This document shows positions 9,790-22,001 of a stretch of DNA of 64,000 nucleotides, one piece after another (the first letter of the stretch is position 1; every line of letters starts with the position of its first letter). The notes under the pieces were generated by a model. It saw only the letters and a list, made by a program, of their open reading frames with translations, was not told where the DNA came from and searched no databases. Source of the DNA: Candidatus Limnocylindrales bacterium (GTDB lineage Bacteria; Moduliflexota; Moduliflexia; Moduliflexales; JAUQPW01). Where the stretch lies: positions 1 through 64,000 of the forward strand of contig DATMBG010000029.1 in the NCBI GenBank assembly GCA_035559535.1. Direction: 5' to 3'. Both the position numbers and the translations under genes were made by a program.

Positions 9790-10752
9790 TCAAGTTTTTC
9801 CCAGGGTGGTCTCAGGGCTATCTCTGTCCAGACCTCCCTGGAAAACTCGACTTTGGCGGATGTCGGCGGCATCAATTCGCATCAGCTCTTCCTTTGAAAT
9901 ACAACCCCCTTGCTGGATAATGCGGTTTGCATGGCGCAGCTTGATCCGGTCAATGGCATTGCGCACACTGCGGGCATTGGCAAAGTGCGGCTGTTGAATA
10001 CGTAATTGTAAATATTCGGCAAAGGCTTGTCGGGATTCCTCATCAAAGGTATACATCTGCTGGCGCAGCATCAACTCTGCAATGGCCATTAATTCCTCCA
10101 AAGAGTAATCAGGGAAGTCTATATGATGGGCAATACGTGAGTGAAAGCCTGGATTAGACTGGAAAAACGTGGCCATTCGCTCCTTGTAACCTGCCAGAAT
10201 AACCACTAACTCATTGCGTTGATTCTCCATGACCTGCAACAGCATTTCGATGGCCTCTTGACCGTAGTCCCGCTCATTTTCGGGACGATATAAGTAATAC
10301 GCTTCATCGATGAACAATACACCCCCCATGGCCCTCTTGAGCACTTCCTTGGTCTTAGGGGCTGTATGACCCACATATTGCCCTACCAAATCATCTCGAG
10401 TAGCTACGACCAGATGGCCCCTGGGTACGTAACCCAGATGGTGTAAAATCTTCGCCATTCGAAGGGCCACCGTGGTTTTGCCGGTGCCCGGACGTCCGGT
10501 GAAGGACATGTGTAGAGTGGGACGTTCTGTGGACAGGCCTTGCTGTTCCCGTAATCGGGCTACCAAGAGCAAAGCCGCAATCTCCCGAATACGGGTCTTA
10601 ACCGGCTTTAACCCAATCAACTCCCGATCCAGATCATCGAGGATTTGTTGAATAGAAGACTTCTGATAAGCAGCATCGATATCCACCCAGCTTATTTCCG
10701 CTCCCTTAGGCTGGTCTTGCCTGGAAGTTACTGTTAAAGGGGTTTGTTCCAT
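9790..10752 (-). CDS. cbbX: red-type RuBisCO activase CbbX
   Basis: [42 protein letters not shown]; downstream of cbbS. Confidence 0.95.
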   Translation of the reverse strand: MEQTPLTVTSRQDQPKGAEISWVDIDAAYQKSSIQQILDDLDRELIGLKPVKTRIREIAALLLVARLREQQGLSTERPTLHMSFTGRPGTGKTTVALRMAKILHHLGYVPRGHLVVATRDDLVGQYVGHTAPKTKEVLKRAMGGVLFIDEAYYLYRPENERDYGQEAIEMLLQVMENQRNELVVILAGYKERMATFFQSNPGFHSRIAHHIDFPDYSLEELMAIAELMLRQQMYTFDEESRQAFAEYLQLRIQQPHFANARSVRNAIDRIKLRHANRIIQQGGCISKEELMRIDAADIRQSRVFQGGLDRDSPETTLGKT

Positions 10753-11070
10753 AAATTTGAAAGATACAAAACTATAGAGGCCCAGAACCCAGGCGGGATT
10801 TAAAGAAACAATTTTTGGCTTAAGAATCCGGTGATTTCTGCGTCTCTATCCTTAACCTTCTCTCTATCCATTCGCCATGAAAAAGGCGTATATATTTTGA
10901 CTCATTGGCTATAAAAACATGGCAAAAGTTCATAGAAGTGACCTTTTATTTTACCCCTGTCTCCCCATACGGGCCAGATTAAGGGGCCCCCTAGCTGGTC
11001 CTTCCCCTGGGAAACAGGGGAGGGAACTTCGCTTCCAAGTTCCTTCCCCTGCAAAGCGGGGGAAGGTTGG

Positions 11071-11204
11071 TAGTATCCTGTTACCTTAATTTTGGCCTCA
11101 TAGTACTGCTTTCACTCCCCGACTCCCCTCTCCCGCAGCGTGGGAGAGGGGCCGGGGGTGAGGGCCACTTAAACATTAAGCAAAATTAAAGTAACAAAGT
11201 AGTA
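11071..11204. mobile_element. MITE-like element with approximately 24-bp imperfect TIRs enclosing a palindromic repeat
   Basis: Left TAGTATCCTGTTACCTTAATTTTG vs reverse complement of right TACTACTTTGTTACTTTAATTTTG; TA at both ends. Confidence 0.6.
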
Positions 11205-11224
11205 GGTTAAACGTCTCATTTGAC
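11202..11224 (+). repeat. GTAG-type REP
   Basis: GTAGGTTAAACGTCTCATTTGAC; near-identical copies at 53241-53263 and 60662-60684 (minus), related copy at 62760-62782. Confidence 0.7.
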
Positions 11225-11365
11225 ATTAAGGGGGCCCTCTCAGGTCTCTCACTCTTATCCTGGCGCGTAGACTCCGTCCCCCTCCTTTCTGGAGCAGGTT
11301 TTTTCTTACCTAACCCCTTACTCCTCTACGCGGGACGGGGTGGGAGGTGGCGAAAGGAGCAGGCA

Positions 11366-11785
11366 TTACAAATACCGCTGACCTGCAGGTTTGTCCGTAG
11401 CATATGCCCGAAGGGTATATTTAATCTGACGATCGGCATATTCCATCCGTTCCACGTGGAAACCCGGTTCCTTTTCAGGTCGGTTAACGAGGAAACTTAA
11501 AGCAATCGTCTGCCGTCCCAGGGTGCGATCGTAGCCGTTTACGCGGATGTAATAGTTTGGGAAAGCGTTACGGCACGCCTTGATTTCCTCCATAACCCCT
11601 GCAGCATCCTTCAAATCAAACATGGGCAATCCCCACATCTCCCAATAAATGTTACGAGGATGCGGATCGTCGGTATATTCTATGGAAACAGGCCAGTCAT
11701 GATCCAGACAGTACTGGACCTGGGCCCTGATTTCTTCATCGGTTAAATCGGGTAGATAAGAAAAAGTCCCCTGGGTTAAACGCAT
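11366..11785 (-). CDS. cbbS: RuBisCO small subunit, red-type
   Basis: [35 protein letters not shown]-terminal extension of red-type small subunits. Confidence 0.97.
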   Translation of the reverse strand: MRLTQGTFSYLPDLTDEEIRAQVQYCLDHDWPVSIEYTDDPHPRNIYWEMWGLPMFDLKDAAGVMEEIKACRNAFPNYYIRVNGYDRTLGRQTIALSFLVNRPEKEPGFHVERMEYADRQIKYTLRAYATDKPAGQRYL

Positions 11786-11939
11786 AATTTACCTCCTTAT
11801 ATCAATTCCCGACGAAAATTAGCCATTAACTCTCCCCCTTCACCCTTCGACTTTCTTCAAAGTGGAACAGAGAAAGGTCATTCAGGGCATGGTATACTTC
11901 AATGGCTATCCATCCATCAGGATAAATAGGTTCTTTTCA

Positions 11940-13490
<1,551 letters not shown>

Positions 13491-13499
13491 TCATGTTTT

Positions 13500-13920
13500 T
13501 ACCCCCTTTTTCCTCCCCTTTCCCCATACGCGCCAGGATAAAGCTTAACCGAACCTCCTGTGGGAAGCTGGCTTGGAGATCTACCGATTCCCTTCTCCCA
13601 TAGCGTGGGAGAGGAATCAGGGACGAGGGAAAGAAGAATCTGTTATCCGTATAAGAGTAAAAGCTATCCACAGGCCGCCCCGTCGCGGCTAACCTTCTTA
13701 CCCTGGTACCTATGCTCCCTCTCCCCCCCCCTCCTTTCAAGGGTATCTTTTCCTGACCTAACCCCCTTCCCGTGTCGGGAAGGGGGAAACTTGGGATAGC
13801 TTATGTCCCAACTCTCCCCTTCCTTTGCAGAGAAGGGAAATCGGAAGGATTAGATCCAAAAAATACCCTTGAAAGCCTTCCCCTCTCCTGAAGCCTCAGG
13901 AGAGGAGGAAGAGGGTGAGG
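13500..13920. repeat. array of palindromic REP-like repeats in the cbbL-cbbR intergenic region
   Basis: Several CCCTTCCC..GGGAAGGG / CTCTCC..GGAGAG hairpins shared with 5200-5400, 49890-50050 and 53450-53575. Confidence 0.7.
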
Positions 13921-14031
13921 TACGGTCAAGATGTCTGCACTCCAGATTTATTTTTCGCATTGACACTAAAATAAGTCAGTTTTATTTTAAAATAAATTTA
14001 ATTATTTTTAACTTTTCAATAAGAAATTATT

Positions 14032-15228
14032 ATGAATTTGACCTTTCGCCAATTAGAAACTTTCCAGGCCGTTGCCAGGCATCTGAGCTTTACCCGAGCT
14101 GCGCAGGAACTTTTCTTGACCCAACCCGCAGTGTCCATTCAAATAAAGCAGTTAGAGGAACAGCTTGGATTACCTCTGTTTGATCACATTGGAAAGCGGA
14201 TTTATCTTACCCAGGCAGGACAGGAATTATATGCCTACAATCGGAAGATTTTAGACCTGTTGAAGGAGATGGAGATGGTAATGGGCGAGCTAAAAGGTCT
14301 GAAAAGGGGAAAGTTGGCGCTTTCCGGTGTCACCACCACCGAGTACTTACTCCCTTCCCTGTTGGGTATTTTTCGTCAGATCTATCCTGACATCCAGGTG
14401 TCCCTGGAAGTTACCAATCGGGCCCGTGTGCTTCAGCGATTTGCAAATAACGAGATAGATCTGGCCGTTATGGGCCAACCTCCTGAAGAATTGAACTTGA
14501 CAGGAGAACCCTTCCTCCCTAATCAATTACTCCTGGTAGCCTCTCCTTCCCATCCTTTAACAAGGGAAAAACAGATACCCTTATCTCGATTGGCTTCAGA
14601 AACCTTTTTAGTAAGGGAACCAGGCTCAGGAACCCGAATGGCACTGGAAAGGCTTTTCAAAGAGGCCGGGTTATCCCTTCGTATCGGATTAGAACTTGGG
14701 AGTAACGAAGCCATCAAACAGGCTATTCAAGCAGGTCTGGGGTTGGGAGTTCTCTCGGTTTATGCCTTGTCTTTGGAATTGATGGGAGGAAAATTAGTCG
14801 CCTTGAATGCAGAAGGGTTTCCCCTTCAACGCTACTGGTACCTGGTTTATCTGGCCGAAAAACGACTATCTCCGGCAGCCCGTGCTTTTAAAGAATTTCT
14901 ACAAACCCAGGCTGCCCGGGAATTATTACAAAGTCGGGCAAGACTATACCGGGCCTACCTGGAACCAAGGTCGGTAAAAAAATCCCTTCCTCTGAGTCGG
15001 CGGGAACAGGAGGTTGTTCAGGGGATCGCCGAAGGCTATACAGAACGGGAAATCGCAAAACGGTTAAGAATTAGCCCAAAGACCGTAACTACCTATCGCG
15101 CCCGGGTAATGAAGAAGCTTCATCTTTCCCACCGCTCCCAACTGGTCCAATATGCCCTTCAAACCGGACTGCTGGCCCCATCGTGGCAACCAAACGTTCT
15201 GGAACCTCCGGAACTCTCCCGAGGATAA
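14032..15228 (+). CDS. cbbR: CbbR LysR regulator with fused C-terminal LuxR-type HTH
   Basis: SFTRAAQELFLTQPAVSIQIKQLE, REPGSGTR, SNEAIKQ; then LSRREQEV..IAKRLRISPKTVTTYRARVMKKL; divergent from cbbL. Confidence 0.9.
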   Translation: MNLTFRQLETFQAVARHLSFTRAAQELFLTQPAVSIQIKQLEEQLGLPLFDHIGKRIYLTQAGQELYAYNRKILDLLKEMEMVMGELKGLKRGKLALSGVTTTEYLLPSLLGIFRQIYPDIQVSLEVTNRARVLQRFANNEIDLAVMGQPPEELNLTGEPFLPNQLLLVASPSHPLTREKQIPLSRLASETFLVREPGSGTRMALERLFKEAGLSLRIGLELGSNEAIKQAIQAGLGLGVLSVYALSLELMGGKLVALNAEGFPLQRYWYLVYLAEKRLSPAARAFKEFLQTQAARELLQSRARLYRAYLEPRSVKKSLPLSRREQEVVQGIAEGYTEREIAKRLRISPKTVTTYRARVMKKLHLSHRSQLVQYALQTGLLAPSWQPNVLEPPELSRG

Positions 15229-15544
15229 GAGAAATCAGATTTATCCTCCTCCTGCCTTTAGAAGGAAACCGACCAGTTTATCCATCATTGCTTTTAAAGA
15301 ATTGGGACATTATGGTCTCACTCCCTCCAAATTCGATAAGTTTAAAGAAAAGAAAGATTTAAAACAGTCCAGGATTTTAAACCTAAGACCTATCTGTCCC
15401 ACTTCTCTCTAAGTTTTGAGACACTTTTATCCCATATCCCTTCGTCTGATACGTTCCTCAATCCTCTCCCTTCAAGGATATAAACTATTTATTTTCTTAT
15501 AGTTAAGGTATTTTTAACAAAAATGACTTCTTCCCGGAAACCCT

Positions 15545-15560
15545 TGGAATGAAACTTGCC
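15545..15560 (+). promoter_or_regulatory. possible sigma-54 promoter of prk-tal
   Basis: TGGAATGAAACTTGCC, GG-N10-GC, approximately 70 nt before the ATG. Confidence 0.4.
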
Positions 15561-15630
15561 CCTGGCATATTTCATCGTGGCTCAGTTTCTTAGGGAATTC
15601 CTAACAACCTTTTTAAGGGGGGTGAATCCT

Positions 15631-16584
15631 ATGGAAGGCAGGCGTATTATCATGGTGGGAATTGCTGGGGACAGTGCCTCTGGCAAGGCCACTTTCGGAG
15701 ATGGAATTCAACAAATTCTGGGAAGTGAAAATGTCACCACCATTAGTTTAGATAATTACCATTCTATGGATCGGCTGGAGCGAAGGAAAAAGGGAGTGAC
15801 CCCTTTAGATCCCCGTTGTAATCACATGCGCCTTATTGCAGAACATGCCAAGAAACTCAAACAAGGTGAATCCATTCAGCGGCCTACCTATAATCATCGT
15901 AATGGAACTTTTGGTCCACCTAAGGAGGTGATACCTAAATGTGTAGTTGTGATGACGGGGTTGCTTCCTTTCATGGAGGAAGAGATGCGATCCTTATTCG
16001 ATTTCAAGGTCTTTTTGGACCCCCATGAAGAACTGAAGTTGAAATGGAAAATGGACCGGGATACGGCGAAACGAGGATACACAGCCCATCAACTTAATGC
16101 AGAAGTTCAGGCTCGAAAACGGGATTTTGAACGGTTTGTGAAGCCTCAAAAAAGCTATGCCGATTTAGTTATTCGATTTTATCCGGCCATGTCCCTTCTG
16201 GAACAGAGACCGGTCACCAATGCCATGGTGATTCAAAAACGAACCGTGCAGGGAGGTTCTGCTCAGAACCTGGCCTGGCTTTGTAATGAGATAAAAGGAA
16301 TCGAGGTACATAACGATGTGGATCCCCTGGTTCTGGAAGTCTCTGAACAGGTAGAGGGGAGAGGAGTCCAGATGATCCAGGAACAGATCATCAACGGAAC
16401 CGTCCTTCTGGATCATCCCCATGAATCAGACTGGTGGACTCAGGGAGAGGAGAAGACAGGGTTGCAAATGTGTCAGTTACTGGTTAGCTGGTTGATTCTG
16501 TCCCAGATTCCCGATTTTGATGAAGTAGCTTTGGACAGGTCCAAAAAATGGATTCCCAAAGAGCTGGTAGAAGTCAATTCTTAA
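15631..16584 (+). CDS. prk: phosphoribulokinase (uridine-kinase-like class)
   Basis: GIAGDSASGK, LDNYHSMDR.ER, GVTPLDP, YNH.NGTF, KMDRD..KRGY; next to cbbR; ATG 15631 with GGGGTG SD. Confidence 0.82.
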   Translation: MEGRRIIMVGIAGDSASGKATFGDGIQQILGSENVTTISLDNYHSMDRLERRKKGVTPLDPRCNHMRLIAEHAKKLKQGESIQRPTYNHRNGTFGPPKEVIPKCVVVMTGLLPFMEEEMRSLFDFKVFLDPHEELKLKWKMDRDTAKRGYTAHQLNAEVQARKRDFERFVKPQKSYADLVIRFYPAMSLLEQRPVTNAMVIQKRTVQGGSAQNLAWLCNEIKGIEVHNDVDPLVLEVSEQVEGRGVQMIQEQIINGTVLLDHPHESDWWTQGEEKTGLQMCQLLVSWLILSQIPDFDEVALDRSKKWIPKELVEVNS

Positions 16585-16681
16585 TAATCGGTTAATTCCT
16601 TACACTTCCTTGTCCGTTGTTTTTGAGCCATCCTCTCCGGCCATTAACCAGGGACAATGAAGGATTCAAGGGGGGTTGAAG

Positions 16682-17332
16682 ATGGAAATTTATCTGGACA
16701 CCGCAAACTTAAAAGAAATCCAGGAAGTTGCTGCCCTGGGAATTATCTCGGGAATTACTACCAATCCCACCCTGGTAGCCAAAGAAGGCAAAGGAGTGAA
16801 TTTTGAGACCCGCATTAAAGAGATTGCCGAGATCATCCCGGGACCTATCAGTGCTGAGGTAGTGTCCACCGAAGCAACCGGGATGCTTCGGGAAGCTTAT
16901 GCCATGGCCAAATGGTCTTCCCAGGTAGTTATTAAGATCCCCATGATTCCCGAGGGCCTTAAAGCAGTTAAAATTCTCTCCCAGGATGGGATTAAAACCA
17001 ATATGACGTTGATTTTTTCCACCAATCAGGCGCTACTTGCTGCCCGAGCCGGTGCAACCTATGTCAGCTCTTTCATTGGTCGGATGGATGATATCTCCCA
17101 TGATGGGATGAGGGTGATTCGAGAAATCCGGGAAGTCTGGAATCGTCACTCTATCCAGGCCCGGATTATTGCTGCCAGCATCCGCCATCCCATCCACCTG
17201 GTGGAAGCTGCCAGGGCCGGAGCCCATATTGCTACGGTACCTTATAAAATCCTTATGCAGGCCCTGAAACATCCTCTAACAGACATAGGGTTAGAGCGGT
17301 TTCTGGCCGACTGGAAATCGTTAACTTCCTAG
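16682..17332 (+). CDS. tal: short transaldolase / fructose-6-phosphate aldolase family
   Basis: YLDTAN, GITTNPTL, VIKIP, YVS.FIGR, AASIRHP, HPLTDIGL. Confidence 0.9.
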   Translation: MEIYLDTANLKEIQEVAALGIISGITTNPTLVAKEGKGVNFETRIKEIAEIIPGPISAEVVSTEATGMLREAYAMAKWSSQVVIKIPMIPEGLKAVKILSQDGIKTNMTLIFSTNQALLAARAGATYVSSFIGRMDDISHDGMRVIREIREVWNRHSIQARIIAASIRHPIHLVEAARAGAHIATVPYKILMQALKHPLTDIGLERFLADWKSLTS

Positions 17333-17435
17333 AGGAATTTAAAAAGCAGGAATCAATTGAATATCTGGTCAAGCAAGGGGGTTTTGGGTTTACAGAAGAG
17401 ATTACAGATCTTACACTTGCACTCCCCACTAAAAG

Positions 17436-17463
17436 TAGGGGTACGCAACGCCGTGCCCCTCTA
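17436..17463 (+). repeat. GTAG-type REP hairpin
   Basis: GTAGGGGTACGCAACGCCGTGCCCCT between convergent genes. Confidence 0.6.
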
Positions 17464-17480
17464 TAGAATTTAACCCAAGT

Positions 17481-20400
17481 TTATGGGTTTGTTTCCAGGA
17501 TTAGGTTCTGCAACATTTTACTCAATTCCTCGATTTGATAGGGTTTAGTGATAACTCCTCTAAACCCATAGTGTTGGTATTCGGACATGACGGGATCGTT
17601 GGAATATCCGCTGGATACAATGGCTTTAATCCCGGGATCCAAATCGGTTAATCTTTTCATGGTTTCCTTACCTCCCATGCCCCCCGGTATTGTCAGATCC
17701 AGAATTACCACATGAAAGGGTCGGTCGGAGTCCTTAGCACGCCGATAAAGCTCTATGGCTTCAACGCCATCTCTGGCGGCTTCTACCTCATAACCCATCT
17801 GTTTTAACATTTGGCCGACTGCTTCTCGGATCATCTCTTCATCATCCATAATGAGAACCCTTCCTTTGCTTACTTTTATTTGATCCTTTAGGTCTTGTTT
17901 AATCTGATCTTCCTGGGTCAGGGTTTCTTTTTTAGATGCCGGGAGGTAAATATAAAAGGTAGTTCCTACACCTACTTTAGATTCTACCCCGATATAACCT
18001 GCATGTTTTTTGATAATGGAATAGGTAGTTGCAAGTCCCAATCCACTTCCTTTGGGTTTGGTTGTAAAGTAGGGATCAAAAATTTTAGGCAGGTGTTCCT
18101 CAGGAATACCTATCCCCTTATCTATTATGGATAACTTGATATACCTTCCGACTGGAAGGGGAAGGTCTTTACCCCTTTCTGAATCGATGATCTTATTTTC
18201 CGCCCGTATCTGAATCGTTCCGCCTCCTGGCATGGCTTGTTGAGCGTTGAGGACCAGGTTATGGATAACCTGGCTCATCTGACCTTCATCAACCTCGACG
18301 GGCCAGAGGTCTTCTGTTATGGAAAATTCACATCGGACATTAGATCCTCTTAAAGCAAAGTTAGCCGAGTCCTTTATCAATTCTACGATAGAAGCCGTTT
18401 TCTTAATGGGTGCCCCACCTTTGGAAAAGGTCAGTAATTGCTGGGTCAGGTCTTTCGCCCGTAAGGAAGCTTTTTCTGCTTCGATCAATCTTCTAAACAG
18501 GTCACTCTCCGGTTTTGTTTCCATCTTGGCCAGGGAAATATTCAACAAAATGGCCGTTAGAATGTTATTAAAATCATGGGCGATCCCTCCGGCAAGGATC
18601 CCGATCGATTCCAATTTTTGTGTCTTGAGGAGTTCTCCTTCCAATTTTCGTCGTTCGGTAATATCCCGAAAGACCAGCACTACGCCAATAATCTTACCAT
18701 CTTTACCCCGGATCGGAGCCCCACTACTGGAAATAACTCTTTCCATTCCTCCCCGGGTGATAAGAGCGGTATGACTGGCAAGCCCAACAATCCCATTTGT
18801 TTTTAGCACCTTCGCCACGATATTCTCACAGCGTTCCCGGGTCCTTTCATAGACGATGTGGAAGACTTCATCCAGAGGCTTGCCTAAAGCTTCTTCTTGG
18901 GTCCAGCCGGTAAGCGCTTCTGCAACTTGATTGAGTAAAACTATTTTCCCTTCCGTATCGGTGGTAATGACGCCATCTCCAATGGAACGTAGGGTTACGG
19001 TCAGACGCTCTTTTTCTGCAGCCAGGACTTCTTCGGTCTTTTTGCGCTGGGTAATATCCCGAACCACCACGCATAAAACTTCCCTTTTATTATAGGAGAT
19101 AAGATCGGCACTGGACTCTACATATACCAGGGATCCATCCTTACGACGGTAAAGCCGCTCTCCGGCGAAATAGTGTTTTTCAGCCAAAATATGCTGGATA
19201 TTACGATCAATGCTTTCCCGGTCGTGCGCAATAAAATCATAAAGGGTAAGGTCAAGCATTTCCGCAGCGGTATATCCCAACAAATTTTGAAAGGCGGCAT
19301 TAGATTCCAAAACGCGTTTAGTTTGAACGTCACAGAGCACGATCCCCTCTGTGATTTGTTCAACTACTGCACGATAGCGCTCTTCACTTTGACCGAGGGC
19401 CTCTTCAGCTCGCTTGCGTTCCATCAATTCCTGCTGCACGGCTGCATATAATCGAGCATTATCCACGGCAATGGAAGCTAACTCAGCGAATCGGCTCAAG
19501 ATCATAATTTCATTATCTCCGAATTTCCGGCCCTCTTCCAGATAGGCAAGCCCTATGACCCCTATAACCTGGGAGCCAGATTTAAGGGGTATTCCCACCA
19601 TGGCATGGAAAACATCAAGACGGGGATCCGGCAAGCGATGGGGCCAGGTTTGATAGTCCTCAACCATCACTATCTGGCCGGTTTGGAGAACTTTCCCGCC
19701 TAATCCTTCATCGGATTTCCGTCGCTGTCCGATGAACGGGCTAAAAGCTCCTATTCCTACCTTTCCCACCGTCTCGGTCTCTCCCGGCTCGATCAAACGG
19801 ATAAATCCGTGGGAAGTACCAACCAAGGCCCCGGCCCGTACAACAATGGCCTGGAGTAAATCATCCAATTCCAGACGATTCATCAATGCCAGAGTCGTTT
19901 CGTGGAGCGCCGTCAAATATTCATTCTGCTGGCGGAGTTTCTCTTCTACCTGCTTACGTTCCGTGATATCCCTGGCAAAAACAATGACACCGACGATATC
20001 GCCTTTTTCATCCCGGTAGGGAATTTTATCGGTTTGAAGCCATCGCTTCTCTCCAGAGGCGGTTTGCAGTTGCTCGATGATTCCGAATTTCGGTCTTCCA
20101 GAATTTAGCACTTCTAAATCGTCTTTATAATATTGAGTGGCTTCCTCCGGGTAGAGTTCATAGGCAGACTTTCCTTCTATCTCCTTTACAGGTAAGCCTG
20201 TGGATTCGGCAGCCGGTTTATTGATCCGTAAGATTCGATTTTCTTTATCCTTATACCAAATCATCGCAGGTACCGAATCGAATATAATCTGTTGTTCTTC
20301 CTGTTGCTTTCTTAACGTCTCCTCTACACGCTTGCGCTCGGCCAGTTCTTGTTGAACGGCCGTATAAAGTCGGGCATTATCCAGGGCAATGGAAGCCAGC

Positions 20401-22001
20401 TCGGCAAACCGACCTAATAAGGTAATTTCGTCCTCCCCAAATTGCCGCCCCTCTTCCAGATGACCCAAACCGATTACCCCTACCACTTGTGAGCCGGATT
20501 TGAGAGGTACTCCAAGAGCGGCGCGGAAAATATTGAATTTAGGCTCGGATAGACGATCCGGCCAGTTACGGTAATCATTAACGGCTAAAGGTTGACCGGT
20601 TTGCCAAACTTTTCCAATCACACCTTCCCCCGGCTTTAGTTGATAACCCAGGAACTTGCTGTGATCAACCCCCACACTGACCTGGATCGTTATTTTATCC
20701 TCTCCAGGCCTGGCCAGAGCAATAAATCCTTGGGGTGTACCTATTAAGGCTGCTGCTCGCGCGATAATAGACTCAAGTAAATCGTTTAACTCCAGCCGAT
20801 TCATTAACGCCAGGGTGGTCTCGTGAAGGGCTGTTAAGTATTCATTCTGCTGGCGTAACTTCTCCTCAGCCCTTTTACGTTCGGCAATCTGTTCCTTCAG
20901 GATGGCATTGGCTCTTGAAAGCTCGGCAGTTCGCTCTTCAACCCGAAGTTCCAACTCGTCATAGGCTTTTCTTAATGCCTCCTCGACATGCTTACGTTGG
21001 GTGATGTCCTTCATAAAGCAATAATGACCCTTAAACTGTCCATTCCGATCCATGTTGCTGATCAGGGTAAGTTCTTTATAAAAAACAGAACCATCTTTAC
21101 GTAAACCTTTGGCTTCAACCTTCACCTTACCTTCTTTCAACATGATTTTGTGGGCATCGAACATTTTTTCAAGGTCATCAGGATGTACCGTTTTTCGCCA
21201 CTCCAGACCGATCATTTCTTCAGGTTGATAGCCGGTAATGCTGGCATAGGCTTTATTGACACTTACATAGCGCCCCTGGGTATCCAGTCGGGAAATTCCT
21301 TCCACGGCATTTTCAAGGACCGTATTCATTTCGTGGAGTATCTCCTCAGTCTGCTTGCGTTCGGCTAACTCCATTTGGGCCAAGGTATATAAGTGCACAT
21401 TATCTAAAGCAATGGAAGCCAGTTGGGCAAGCCAACACAATACCGTAATCTCGTTATCTTCAAATTTTCGACCCTTTTCAAGATGGGTCAGACCGATCAC
21501 ACCCCGAACCTTCGACCCGGATTTAAGGGGTACGGCTACCGCTGCATGGAAAATGTCCAAACGGGAGTCTGGAAGACGACCTGACCAGGTACAATAATCT
21601 TCCACCCCCAAAGGCTGCCCGGTTTGCCAGACCTTCCCGGCTAATCCTTCCCCGGGCTTCAAACGAGAAACGATAAATTCGCTACAAGCTCCTACCCCTA
21701 CTTTTCCTACCATTTCAGCTTCTCCAGGTTCAACCAGGAAAATATATCCGTGTGAAGTACCTACCAGCACCCCAGCCCGTGTAACAATAGTTTCGAGTAA
21801 ATCCGTTAACTCTAACCGATTCATTAACGCCAGGGCCGTTTCATGGAGCACGGTTAGATGTGCATTCTGCTGGCGTAGCTTCTCCTCAACTCGTGTACGA
21901 TGGGTTTCCGCTGCCTCCAGTTCTTTGATCCGTTGACGCAGTTCCCTTAATTCGCTTATGAGTTGTTCCCTGGTTTTATCCTCGTCTTGCATCTTTTTCA
22001 C
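17481..22001 (-). CDS. cytoplasmic hybrid histidine kinase (GAF-PAS-GAF-PAS-GAF-PAS-PAS-HisKA-HATPase-REC)
   Basis: AGGIAHDFNN H-box, N/G boxes, FDPYFTTK, receiver VVILDLTIPGG; three homologous GAF modules; DIT.RK PAS ends. Confidence 0.93.
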   Translation of the reverse strand: MKKMQDEDKTREQLISELRELRQRIKELEAAETHRTRVEEKLRQQNAHLTVLHETALALMNRLELTDLLETIVTRAGVLVGTSHGYIFLVEPGEAEMVGKVGVGACSEFIVSRLKPGEGLAGKVWQTGQPLGVEDYCTWSGRLPDSRLDIFHAAVAVPLKSGSKVRGVIGLTHLEKGRKFEDNEITVLCWLAQLASIALDNVHLYTLAQMELAERKQTEEILHEMNTVLENAVEGISRLDTQGRYVSVNKAYASITGYQPEEMIGLEWRKTVHPDDLEKMFDAHKIMLKEGKVKVEAKGLRKDGSVFYKELTLISNMDRNGQFKGHYCFMKDITQRKHVEEALRKAYDELELRVEERTAELSRANAILKEQIAERKRAEEKLRQQNEYLTALHETTLALMNRLELNDLLESIIARAAALIGTPQGFIALARPGEDKITIQVSVGVDHSKFLGYQLKPGEGVIGKVWQTGQPLAVNDYRNWPDRLSEPKFNIFRAALGVPLKSGSQVVGVIGLGHLEEGRQFGEDEITLLGRFAELASIALDNARLYTAVQQELAERKRVEETLRKQQEEQQIIFDSVPAMIWYKDKENRILRINKPAAESTGLPVKEIEGKSAYELYPEEATQYYKDDLEVLNSGRPKFGIIEQLQTASGEKRWLQTDKIPYRDEKGDIVGVIVFARDITERKQVEEKLRQQNEYLTALHETTLALMNRLELDDLLQAIVVRAGALVGTSHGFIRLIEPGETETVGKVGIGAFSPFIGQRRKSDEGLGGKVLQTGQIVMVEDYQTWPHRLPDPRLDVFHAMVGIPLKSGSQVIGVIGLAYLEEGRKFGDNEIMILSRFAELASIAVDNARLYAAVQQELMERKRAEEALGQSEERYRAVVEQITEGIVLCDVQTKRVLESNAAFQNLLGYTAAEMLDLTLYDFIAHDRESIDRNIQHILAEKHYFAGERLYRRKDGSLVYVESSADLISYNKREVLCVVVRDITQRKKTEEVLAAEKERLTVTLRSIGDGVITTDTEGKIVLLNQVAEALTGWTQEEALGKPLDEVFHIVYERTRERCENIVAKVLKTNGIVGLASHTALITRGGMERVISSSGAPIRGKDGKIIGVVLVFRDITERRKLEGELLKTQKLESIGILAGGIAHDFNNILTAILLNISLAKMETKPESDLFRRLIEAEKASLRAKDLTQQLLTFSKGGAPIKKTASIVELIKDSANFALRGSNVRCEFSITEDLWPVEVDEGQMSQVIHNLVLNAQQAMPGGGTIQIRAENKIIDSERGKDLPLPVGRYIKLSIIDKGIGIPEEHLPKIFDPYFTTKPKGSGLGLATTYSIIKKHAGYIGVESKVGVGTTFYIYLPASKKETLTQEDQIKQDLKDQIKVSKGRVLIMDDEEMIREAVGQMLKQMGYEVEAARDGVEAIELYRRAKDSDRPFHVVILDLTIPGGMGGKETMKRLTDLDPGIKAIVSSGYSNDPVMSEYQHYGFRGVITKPYQIEELSKMLQNLILETNP

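Noticed and set aside
9790-10752. CbbX as the CIS AAA+ ATPase
   Set aside because: Clear CbbX motifs and cbbLS context, 12 kb from the CIS
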